DNA from: a virus
UHGV virus genome: UHGV-0121323
Direction: 5' to 3' (one strand)
DNA length: 11,692 nt
In this document: positions 1 to 5,615 of the stretch, piece after piece
Numbering within the stretch: the first letter of the stretch is position 1
Layout of the letters: each line of letters opens with the position of its first letter
Made by a program: the position numbers and the translations under genes
The notes under the pieces: model-generated
Seen by the model: the letters and a program-made list of their open reading frames with translations, nothing else
Told to the model about the DNA's origin: nothing
Database searches by the model: none

Positions 1-27
1 CTTTCATATCCACCTCTGTTGTTTATG

Positions 28-56
28 CCAAAAATAAAGGCCGACTATGCGGCCTT
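28..56 (-). terminator. Intrinsic terminator closing the 55-aa ORF on the minus strand
   Basis: Inverted repeat AAGGCCG / CGGCCTT (37..43 and 50..56) with a 6-nt loop; on the minus strand the hairpin is followed by TATTTTTGG. It overlaps the stop codon of the 55..222 ORF. Confidence 0.5.
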
Positions 57-222
57 AAAATCCTGAATATTCGCGAAGAGATTCGATAATTTCCTCGCAG
101 TCGATAAGTAGTTCGTCAGGTTCATCTTCTCGATTTTTAAGTGCCTCAATGTTCCCAGCTAACTGGCGAAGCATCATTGCTTGCCATTCAGGGTCGAAGC
201 TGTCTGGTATTTCAATTTCCAT
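55..222 (-). CDS. Hypothetical acidic small protein (55 aa), pL-operon accessory gene
   Basis: ATG at 222 preceded by GAGGTG (revcomp of 226..231); translation MEIEIPDSFDPEWQAMMLRQLAGNIEALKNREDEPDELLIDCEEIIESLREYSGF; stop at 55..57, then the terminator. Below the 60-aa cut-off of the supplied ORF track. No family recognised. Confidence 0.45.
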   Translation of the reverse strand: MEIEIPDSFDPEWQAMMLRQLAGNIEALKNREDEPDELLIDCEEIIESLREYSGF

Positions 223-284
223 ATTTCACCTCAAATAAGTGGTTTGCTGCCAAAACAATGAACCATCAGGAAATTCCAGATAGT

Positions 285-509
285 TCATAATTCACTCTTC
301 AATACTTCCAACTTACTAATCGCCGATAGATATCCGCGCTGATAGGGCATCATCATTCCTTCGAGCTTGCCACTTCTTAACTCCTCCCTGAGCAATTGTA
401 TTGCTTGATCAATAACCTCTGCCTTAGCTTCCTTTATGGCTTGCTTGCGGGGCTTTGCTTTCTGCTTTGGCAGATTTCTCAAGCATGATGGAATGTATGT
501 CTGATTCAT
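285..509 (-). CDS. Hypothetical small protein (74 aa), pL-operon accessory gene
   Basis: Track ORF 285..512; the ATG at 509 sits 5 nt downstream of GAGGT, with an in-frame GTG immediately upstream. Lys/Glu-rich, helical-looking sequence. No family recognised. Confidence 0.5.
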   Translation of the reverse strand: MNQTYIPSCLRNLPKQKAKPRKQAIKEAKAEVIDQAIQLLREELRSGKLEGMMMPYQRGYLSAISKLEVLKSEL

Positions 510-692
510 CACTTACCTCGCTGTCAGTTGTTTTGATTTCCGGTAGCCTGCCGCGTAAATGGCTACGTTTGGCAGGCAAATACTTCCACTGCATTCATCT
601 GCCTTCTTGCAGCGAAGGCTTCCGAGTGATGCTGCTTTATCTGCTCTGACGCAACCAGAGAGCTTTAGCGCAATTTTTCGCGCCAGTCGCTG

Positions 693-785
693 CTATTGCA
701 TTGCCTGCTCACGTTGAGCCTGTCTGCGTGCTCTGCGGCGATTTCTGGCGTTATCGTCAGCCAGATATGTAATGACTACTGTCAT
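693..785 (-). CDS. Putative arginine-rich micro-protein (30 aa)
   Basis: ATG at 785 preceded by GGAGG (revcomp of 791..795) at 5-nt spacing; translation MTVVITYLADDNARNRRRARRQAQREQAMQ. The longer 65-aa track ORF (693..890) would overlap the upstream gene and lacks an RBS. Confidence 0.3.
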   Translation of the reverse strand: MTVVITYLADDNARNRRRARRQAQREQAMQ

Positions 786-840
786 GTTGACCTCCGATGA
801 TTGACTTTGGCGGTGTACTGCTTGCCGTTGTGGGTGACTG

Positions 841-1116
841 TCATGAGGCCTCCAAGCCAATGGCATCAGAGATAATCTGGAGCTTCTCAACTGAAACGCC
901 TTTTCCGTTGCCTACTGGCTTTTCCATCCAGTCGAGCGACACTAGTCGGCCGTCGGCGATAACACCGATATTGAAATCATCACAACCTGCTACTTCAAAT
1001 CCGTGAGAAATTGCCACTTCCCGCTTATCAAATCTTTCCAAATCTGAGGAATAACCAATGCCGTAACCGTGGTCGTTTGACCAAGCGTGCTGCTGGATAA
1101 CGATAAATTTTTGCAT
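841..1116 (-). CDS. Hypothetical protein (91 aa), pL-operon accessory gene
   Basis: Track ORF 841..1200, but the internal ATG at 1116 has a GGAGTGA Shine-Dalgarno (revcomp of 1119..1125) whereas the 1200 start follows a terminator with no RBS. Translation begins MQKFIVIQQHAWSNDHGYGIGY. No family recognised. Confidence 0.55.
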   Translation of the reverse strand: MQKFIVIQQHAWSNDHGYGIGYSSDLERFDKREVAISHGFEVAGCDDFNIGVIADGRLVSLDWMEKPVGNGKGVSVEKLQIISDAIGLEAS

Positions 1117-1239
1117 AATCACTCCGCCCGTAAGCTGGGCTTCTGAACGTTGAAACAAGACTTCTGCGCTATTGGGCGGTGGATGGCCGCCGGTTGTCAT
1201 AACTCACGCTCACTCGTTGGAATGAGCTGAGGTATGGCC

Positions 1240-1264
1240 GATAAAAAACCCGCCGGAGCGGGTT
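1240..1264 (-). terminator. Intrinsic terminator inside the pL operon (tL-like)
   Basis: Stem AACCCGC (1247..1253) / GCGGGTT (1258..1264), loop CGGA; on the minus strand it is followed by TTTTTTATC. It overlaps the stop codon of the 80-aa ORF. N-mediated antitermination would be expected to override it. Confidence 0.5.
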
Positions 1265-1505
1265 ATTCACACTTTGCATGCCTGACCGGCTTTAATTTCC
1301 ACTCAGTGGCCTTAAGCTCAATTTCCTTCCTGATTTCCTGATACGTTTTCACGGAGCCATCAGCGTTTTTATTGAACGGATTGAGCGTTTGATAAAACTT
1401 TTCCCGTCGTTTGCAGGCTTTACCGCATACGTCACACTTCCCTGATTTCTCAGCAAAAGTTGAGATCTCATCGAACCGAGTTGTTGTAATTCCACCCCAT
1501 CCCAT
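1263..1505 (-). CDS. Hypothetical Cys-containing small protein (80 aa)
   Basis: Track ORF; AGAGGGTAAGG lies upstream of the ATG at 1505; contains C-x2-C-x3-C (CDVCGKAC) and a C-terminal Cys, so a small metal-binding fold is possible. No family recognised. Confidence 0.55.
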   Translation of the reverse strand: MGWGGITTTRFDEISTFAEKSGKCDVCGKACKRREKFYQTLNPFNKNADGSVKTYQEIRKEIELKATEWKLKPVRHAKCE

Positions 1506-1548
1506 CGCCTTACCCTCTGTTTGTATCGTGAGCTAATAAAAAGGCCGC

Positions 1549-1812
1549 CTAAGCGACCAGTCCATCAATTACCTTTTCAACAACTCCAACCGCATCAATC
1601 AACTTCACAAGCCTCTCGTGCATCTCGTTTCTTTTCGATTTGAGTGCTTCAATTAGAAACTCCTGATCGGCGGCGCCTCTCCATTGGGTATTGTTAGCTG
1701 CAACAACAATCAAGTTAAATCCATGCAGCCCATGCGCTCCCAATAAGTTGTCTATGTCTCTTATGTTTGATTCCAAGTTTTCAATTTCTTGGAGTAATTT
1801 TTTAATATCCAT
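1549..1812 (-). CDS. Hypothetical protein (87 aa) immediately downstream of N
   Basis: Track ORF; GAGGTGAGG precedes the ATG at 1812; N-terminus is coiled-coil-like (MDIKKLLQEIENLESNIRDIDNLL). No family recognised. Confidence 0.55.
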   Translation of the reverse strand: MDIKKLLQEIENLESNIRDIDNLLGAHGLHGFNLIVVAANNTQWRGAADQEFLIEALKSKRNEMHERLVKLIDAVGVVEKVIDGLVA

Positions 1813-1850
1813 TGCCTCACCTCATAAGTTAATTAACGCGCCGTAACCGA

Positions 1851-2174
1851 TTAAATCAGCGGCGTCGATTTACCGCGGGATTTCTGCACCGCATGGATTT
1901 TGTTTCCGAACGGGTTAGCATCTTTGTACCAGGTGCGATGATTCTTGCGCTCAACAGCTTCAGCGCGTTTTTCCATCTCTTCCCGATACTCAGCCAGCAC
2001 CGTTAAATCAATCGGGTTCAGAGCGCTTTCTACGCGTGATTTCGGTTTGCGATTCAGCGAGAGAATAGGGCGGTTAACTGGTTTTGCGCTTACCCCAACC
2101 AACAGGGGATTTGCTGCTTTCCATTGAGCCTGTTTCTCTGCGCGACGTTCGCGGCGGCGTGTTTGTGCATCCAT
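1851..2174 (-). CDS. N: Antitermination protein N (lambda-type)
   Basis: Translation begins MDAQTRRRERRAEKQAQWKAANPLLVGVSAKPVNRPILSLNRKPKSRVESALNPIDLTVLAEY, which is the lambda N arginine-rich boxB-binding motif and N-terminal two-thirds as I remember them; the C-terminal ~45 aa differ from my memory of lambda N. AGGAGAA RBS; lies downstream of nutL and pL. Confidence 0.9.
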   Translation of the reverse strand: MDAQTRRRERRAEKQAQWKAANPLLVGVSAKPVNRPILSLNRKPKSRVESALNPIDLTVLAEYREEMEKRAEAVERKNHRTWYKDANPFGNKIHAVQKSRGKSTPLI

Positions 2175-2442
2175 CTGGATTCTCCTGCCAGTTAGCTTTG
2201 GTGGTGTGGTGGCTGGTAGTCTAGCTCCAGCTTGTTGAGTCTCATTCGGAGGGGTATAACCGGCACCCCAGCGATTTTTCCATGCGACAACGTGCGCGTT
2301 ATGGCGGCCTTATCGCCCGCGACTCCCCATCTCGTCCACGCTATTGCTAGCGTTGGGAGCGCTTCACCGCTCAACAGTAGGTAAGCACTTGCCAGTGACT
2401 AGCTGGCTTCACCACACCCCAAAGCCTTCTGCTTTGAATGCT

Positions 2443-2473
2443 GCCCTTCTTCAGGGCTAAATTTTTAAGAGCC
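2443..2473 (-). promoter_or_regulatory. nutL (boxA-like GGCTCTTA plus boxB GCCCTGAAGAAGGGC)
   Basis: Minus-strand sequence GGCTCTTAAAAATTTAGCCCTGAAGAAGGGCAGC; the boxB hairpin is GCCCTGAAGAAGGGC (2443..2457), matching the lambda nutL boxB as I remember it. Confidence 0.8.
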
Positions 2474-2512
2474 TCACCTTCATGGTGGTCAGTGCGTCCT
2501 GCTGATGGCTTA

Positions 2513-2541
2513 AAGATAACTTAGGTTATAGGTGTGGTCAA
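2513..2541 (-). promoter_or_regulatory. pL-type promoter (-35 TTGACC, 17-bp spacer, -10 TATCTT)
   Basis: On the minus strand TTGACC (2536..2541) and TATCTT (2513..2518) are separated by 17 bp; the downstream transcript start region CCATCAGCAGGACGCACTGACCACCATGAAGGTGA resembles the lambda pL leader from memory. Confidence 0.6.
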
Positions 2542-2554
2542 TAACCTAATTTAT
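2516..2554. promoter_or_regulatory. OL operators: two 14-bp sites of form ATAAC-N4-GTTAT overlapping pL
   Basis: ATAACTTAGGTTAT (2516..2529) and ATAACCTAATTTAT (2541..2554), centres 25 bp apart; a degenerate third copy ATAACAAAGGTAT lies at 2585..2597. Same motif as the OR sites. Confidence 0.5.
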
Positions 2555-2728
2555 ATTTTATGGTAAATAAGTTATAAGTGATGGATAACAAAGGTATTTT
2601 ATTTTTGTAAATGTTGCTGATTGATTGGTGTTTGAGGGCTTGCGTGCGGGGTGAAGGTGTTACCTTTGGCTTGATGCTTGTCTATGATGAGGATGGTTGA
2701 TTGGGTGGTGAACGGCAGGAAAAGAAAA

Positions 2729-2753
2729 CCCGGCGCTGAGGCCGGGTGTTTTT
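2729..2753. terminator. Hairpin terminator at the end of the cI transcription unit (tImm-like), potentially bidirectional
   Basis: CCCGGC (2729..2734) / GCCGGG (2741..2746) stem with a 6-nt loop; T-rich tract on both sides (TGTTTTT on plus, TTTTCTTTTCC on minus). Confidence 0.6.
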
Positions 2754-3048
2754 AGTCTTTTCTTTTGCTTAGCATTTCGTCGATTTCTAAGTCAATACGA
2801 TATTGATCTATTGCTTTTCTCTCGTTTGGGGTTGGTATTTTATACTGTTCAATTAGATCTGTTGTGTATTTTATTTCATCTAATGTGATTTTTATATCAG
2901 AGAGAATCTCTTTTATATCAATTATATGCTCTTCTTATTTTGCGCGATTAGAGCTATGTTCAATCATTTGAGATAGCTTTTTGCTAATGCTTAGCAAAAC
3001 AAAAAGAATGATGACCAAAACAACAACAAAAACTATCAGAAATTCCAT
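2752..3048 (-). pseudogene. Small membrane-protein gene at the cI-downstream (rexAB-equivalent) position, interrupted by an in-frame TAA; a 37-aa N-terminal transmembrane peptide (2935..3048) remains translatable
   Basis: ATG at 3048 with GGAGGG just upstream; translation MEFLIVFVVVLVIILFVLLSISKKLSQMIEHSSNRAK then TAA (plus 2935..2937), then 59 further open in-frame codons (EEHIIDIKEILSDIKITLDEIKYTTDLIEQYKIPTPNERKAIDQYRIDLEIDEMLSKRKD) with no ATG/GTG/TTG until near the end, finishing at TAA 2752..2754 directly before the terminator. The region is markedly AT-rich compared with its flanks. Confidence 0.4.
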
Positions 3049-3088
3049 TATCCCTCCGCACTTCCGTAAGTCTTCTTCTGATTATCGG

Positions 3089-3796
3089 TTACCAACTATG
3101 AGACGACCAGAATACTCTGCCAATAATCCTTACGGTTTCATGAAATTCATCTCTATCCATTACTTCATCCGGGTACTCTTCGCGATTTATTGATCTGATT
3201 ATCACCGATGTAGGGGTGGCGATTAATGTTTTTACTCGTAACAAATCAGACTGGCAAATAGCGTAGGTTTTACCATCTCTGATTGTGGTATCTTGCGTGT
3301 TAACACCAACAACATCGCCATCGTGAAGGGTTGGTTCCATGCTTTGCCCTACAACCCTAACTAGCTTGGCTGATCTTTCAGATACTCCCATCTTTTTCAG
3401 ATAGTGCTTTCTGAAAACCAAAGAGAACTCCGATGATTCCTCTAGCTCGCAGCTACCGCTTCCAGCTGAAAGCGAAACGTTAAGAAGAGGCAACGCAACA
3501 AACTCGTCATCGTTTCTTTTAATGTCTTCCCATACCACAGCTTTTAAAGATGACTCACGGACATTGGATGGTTCTTCATGTGCACCATCCCTCATTTCAC
3601 CAATACCAGAACTAAGCCATTCAGGACGCACTTTTAAAGCATTGGCTAATTCAACCATCTTGCGAGATCCGTTTGTTTTACCGGACGACATCTTCTGTAT
3701 GGCTGGCTGAGATATTCCAACCATGTCAGCAAGCTGTGATTGTGATACCCCTGCTGAGCTCATGGCTGCATTTAGTCTTTCTGCGAATGTTTTCAT
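3089..3796 (-). CDS. cI: CI-type prophage repressor (N-terminal HTH, C-terminal LexA/S24-like autocleavage domain)
   Basis: Translation from the ATG at 3796: MKTFAERLNAAMSSAGVSQSQLADMVGISQPAIQKMSSGK... (HTH), with a C-terminal region containing GQSMEPTLHDGDVV (Ser nucleophile context) and a downstream Lys (LLRVKTLI). Divergent from the cro gene across an operator cluster. The track start at 3826 is a TTG inside the operators and is rejected. Confidence 0.85.
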   Translation of the reverse strand: MKTFAERLNAAMSSAGVSQSQLADMVGISQPAIQKMSSGKTNGSRKMVELANALKVRPEWLSSGIGEMRDGAHEEPSNVRESSLKAVVWEDIKRNDDEFVALPLLNVSLSAGSGSCELEESSEFSLVFRKHYLKKMGVSERSAKLVRVVGQSMEPTLHDGDVVGVNTQDTTIRDGKTYAICQSDLLRVKTLIATPTSVIIRSINREEYPDEVMDRDEFHETVRIIGRVFWSSHSW

Positions 3797-3808
3797 ACCC
3801 ACAAATCT

Positions 3809-3871
3809 ATAACTACGGTTATCCAAAGTAAAATAACAAAGGTTATTGCTATTTTTTATAACTTGAGTTAT
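3809..3871. promoter_or_regulatory. OR operators: three 14-bp sites ATAAC-N4-GTTAT
   Basis: ATAACTACGGTTAT (3809..3822), ATAACAAAGGTTAT (3833..3846), ATAACTTGAGTTAT (3858..3871); centre-to-centre spacing 24 and 25 bp, between the divergent cI and cro genes. An abutting inverted pair GTTATAAC sits at 3878..3885. Confidence 0.6.
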
Positions 3872-3874
3872 CTT
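3846..3874 (+). promoter_or_regulatory. pR-type promoter (-35 TTGCTA, 17-bp spacer, -10 TATCTT)
   Basis: TTGCTA 3846..3851 and TATCTT 3869..3874 overlap operator sites 2 and 3; the -10 hexamer is the same as in the pL call. Confidence 0.45.
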
Positions 3875-3907
3875 TGGTTATAACTAATGACCACAAGAGG
3901 TATGCTC

Positions 3908-4132
3908 ATGAATTTAGTAATTCAACGAGCCTTGAAAATTGTCGGTAGCCAAAAGCGCCTTGCCGACAAGTGTGGTGTAACGCAGCCAGCAGTACACAAA
4001 TGGCTGAAAGGCGGGTTGGTCTCTCCAGAGAAAGTTACCGCCATCGTTAACGCCACTGGAGGGCAGATCAAGGCTTACGAAATTCGCCCCGATTTGCCAC
4101 ACCTGTTTCCAAAACCGAATCAGGCAGCATAA
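3908..4132 (+). CDS. cro: Cro-like small HTH repressor (74 aa)
   Basis: AAGAGG (3895..3900) lies 7 nt upstream of the ATG at 3908; translation MNLVIQRALKIVGSQKRLADKCGVTQPAVHKWLKGG... carries an HTH; first rightward gene after OR/pR. The track start at 3887 has no RBS. Confidence 0.75.
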   Translation: MNLVIQRALKIVGSQKRLADKCGVTQPAVHKWLKGGLVSPEKVTAIVNATGGQIKAYEIRPDLPHLFPKPNQAA

Positions 4133-4139
4133 ATAACCC

Positions 4140-4171
4140 CGCTCTTACACATCCCAGCCCTGAAAAAGGGC
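4140..4171 (+). promoter_or_regulatory. nutR (boxA CGCTCTTA plus boxB GCCCTGAAAAAGGGC)
   Basis: CGCTCTTACACATCCCAGCCCTGAAAAAGGGC; boxA 4140..4147 and boxB hairpin 4157..4171, followed by a tR1/cII-leader-like segment that matches lambda as I remember it. Confidence 0.8.
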
Positions 4172-4250
4172 ATCAAATTAAACCACACCTATGGTGTATG
4201 CATTTATTTGCATACATTCAATCAATTGTTATCTAAGGAAATACTTACAT

Positions 4251-4544
4251 ATGGTTCGTGCAAACAAACGCAACGAGGCTCTACGAATCGAGAGTGCGTT
4301 GCTTAACAAAATCGCAATGCTTGGAACTGAGAAGACAGCGGAAGCTGTGGGAGTTGATAAGTCGCAGATCAGCAGGTGGAAGAGGGACTGGATTCCAAAG
4401 TTCTCAATGCTGCTTGCTGTTCTTGAATGGGGCGTCGTTGACGACGATATGGCTCGATTGGCACGACAAGTTGCTTCGATTCTCACCAATAAAAAACGCC
4501 CGGCGGCAACCGAGCGTTCTGAACAAATCCAGATGGAATTCTGA
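4251..4544 (+). CDS. cII: Transcriptional activator CII (lambda-type)
   Basis: Translation MVRANKRNEALRIESALLNKIAMLGTEKTAEAVGVDKSQISRWKRDWIPKFSMLLAVLEWGVVDDDMARLARQVASILTNKKRPAATERSEQIQMEF is lambda CII essentially residue for residue from memory. The track start at 4191 is an upstream extension into the leader. Confidence 0.92.
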   Translation: MVRANKRNEALRIESALLNKIAMLGTEKTAEAVGVDKSQISRWKRDWIPKFSMLLAVLEWGVVDDDMARLARQVASILTNKKRPAATERSEQIQMEF

Positions 4545-4570
4545 GGTCATTACTGGATCAATCCACAGGA
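4490..4570 (-). ncRNA. OOP-like antisense RNA region overlapping the 3' end of cII (boundaries approximate)
   Basis: The cII 3' end and downstream sequence match the lambda arrangement from memory: on the minus strand a CATAAT -10-like hexamer (revcomp of 4574..4579), then the hairpin/T-run GCCGCCGGGCGTTTTTTATTGG (revcomp of about 4483..4506). The -35 region is not lambda-like, so expression is uncertain. Confidence 0.4.
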
Positions 4571-4576
4571 GTCATT

Positions 4577-4738
4577 ATGACAAAACGTCGTAAGAAATAC
4601 CAGGAAAAAGAAGAGATTCGACACCCTGATTCACCTGAGGGATTAGTGGTAGCCGCAGCAAATAACAGGGCGTTCGCAGAGCGCCTTGTTGGTGTTTACA
4701 GACTAGCCAAAGCAGGAGTGAAACATGGGCGTCGTTAA
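4577..4738 (+). CDS. Small basic ORF (53 aa) using the lambda O-type start site; possible chimeric junction ORF
   Basis: AGGAG (4567..4571) lies 5 nt before the ATG at 4577; the start context CAGGAGTCATTATGACAAA is the lambda O initiation region from memory, after which the sequence diverges. Translation MTKRRKKYQEKEEIRHPDSPEGLVVAAANNRAFAERLVGVYRLAKAGVKHGRR; the stop at 4736..4738 overlaps the start of the next gene. Confidence 0.4.
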   Translation: MTKRRKKYQEKEEIRHPDSPEGLVVAAANNRAFAERLVGVYRLAKAGVKHGRR

Positions 4739-5615
4739 GTTAGCTGATTACAGGCATAACCCTGTACAACATCAGGAGGCATCCAGTATGGGGTATGTCT
4801 CTATACACCGCCAGTTTATGGACAGCAGGCTCTATAAGGACTCTCAGGCAGTACATCTTTGGCTTCACTTAATCCTCAAGGCTAATCACGAATCTACTGT
4901 CGTCAATACGGATATCGGGCCGATAACTGTTGATCGCGGTCAGATGATAACTGGACGCCCGTCGCTGGTCAGAGAAACATTCATCCCCGACAACAAAGTT
5001 CGGAGCTTATTACGGACTTTTGAGTCGAAAGGGATGCTTAATATTTGCTCGATGGGGAAGAAATTTAGCCTGTTTACAATCGTTAAATATGACGATTTTC
5101 AGGCAAAAAATTGTCCAACGGTTGTCCAACGGTTGTCCAACGCAAACACCAGTAATGGCGCGGCTCTCAGCGGAGATTGTCCAACGGTTGTCCAACGGTT
5201 GTCCATAAACAATAATATAAATAATATCTCTAATACTGACGTATTAGAGAGTACCGCAGCAGACAAAAAGTCTGACAAGAAAAAACCTTCCGTTAGCTGT
5301 CAGGATGTTGTCGATGCTTACCACGAAATCCTTCCTGAAGCGCCAAAAATCCGCGCACTGAATGACAAGCGTAAAAACCAGATCCGAACGTTCTGGCGCA
5401 AAGCCGGAGTGATAACCCGCCAGCTTGACGGGCATGGGTTCACGATGCAGGACTGGAGAAATTATTTGAGCTACGTAGGCGAAAATTGCCGATGGATGTT
5501 CGAAGAGCGCCAAAACCATCAACGCGGAACCGTCTGGCACAAAAAGGGATTTGATTTCCTGCTTAACGATAATACCTACCTGAAAGTTCGTGAGGGTGAA
5601 CACGATGACCGATAA
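4725..5615 (+). CDS. Replication initiator (O-like) with origin iterons inside the gene
   Basis: AGGAG 6 nt upstream of the ATG at 4725; 296 aa; the middle of the gene contains the iteron array, which encodes the repeated peptide CPTVVQRLS; the stop overlaps the start of the helicase gene. Position and architecture match lambdoid O / P22 gene 18-type initiators. Confidence 0.8.
   Translation: MGVVKLADYRHNPVQHQEASSMGYVSIHRQFMDSRLYKDSQAVHLWLHLILKANHESTVVNTDIGPITVDRGQMITGRPSLVRETFIPDNKVRSLLRTFESKGMLNICSMGKKFSLFTIVKYDDFQAKNCPTVVQRLSNANTSNGAALSGDCPTVVQRLSINNNINNISNTDVLESTAADKKSDKKKPSVSCQDVVDAYHEILPEAPKIRALNDKRKNQIRTFWRKAGVITRQLDGHGFTMQDWRNYLSYVGENCRWMFEERQNHQRGTVWHKKGFDFLLNDNTYLKVREGEHDDR
5111..5209. 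repeat. ori iterons: two blocks of three direct 11-bp repeats TTGTCCAACGG followed by an AT-rich tract
   Basis: TTGTCCAACGG at 5111, 5122, 5133 (third copy ends in C) and at 5177, 5188, 5199 (last copy degenerate TTGTCCATAAA), then ATAAACAATAATATAAATAATATCTCTAATA (about 5205..5235). Confidence 0.8.

Noticed and set aside
1-20. Start of a further leftward gene (minus-strand ATG at 7..5 preceded by GAGGTG) running off the left edge
   Set aside because: Only two codons lie inside the window; plausible continuation of the pL operon but too little sequence to call a feature.
513-692. Alternative 57-aa minus-strand ORF overlapping the start of the 74-aa gene in another frame
   Set aside because: No RBS and it overlaps the better-supported 285..509 gene.
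2192-2374. 60-aa minus-strand ORF between nutL and the N start
   Set aside because: It lies in the GC-rich untranslated pL leader upstream of N, has no recognisable RBS, and lambda-type phages have no gene there; most likely a chance open frame.
2611-2700. 29-aa plus-strand ORF (MLLIDWCLRACVRGEGVTFGLMLVYDEDG) in the G+T-rich spacer
   Set aside because: No RBS, no promoter evident for rightward transcription here; compositional artefact of the skewed spacer.
2981-3193. 70-aa plus-strand ORF overlapping the 3' end of cI and the cargo ORF
   Set aside because: Antisense to two better-supported genes, low-complexity translation (MTKTTTKT...), no RBS.
3797-3826. Upstream extension of the repressor ORF (track start 3826, TTG codon)
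   Set aside because: The extension would be translated across the OR operator sites; the ATG at 3796 (MKTFAERL...) gives a normal repressor N-terminus.
4229-4593. Minus-strand 86-aa and plus-strand 111-aa ORFs overlapping cII
   Set aside because: They overlap a gene that matches lambda cII from memory; chance frames.
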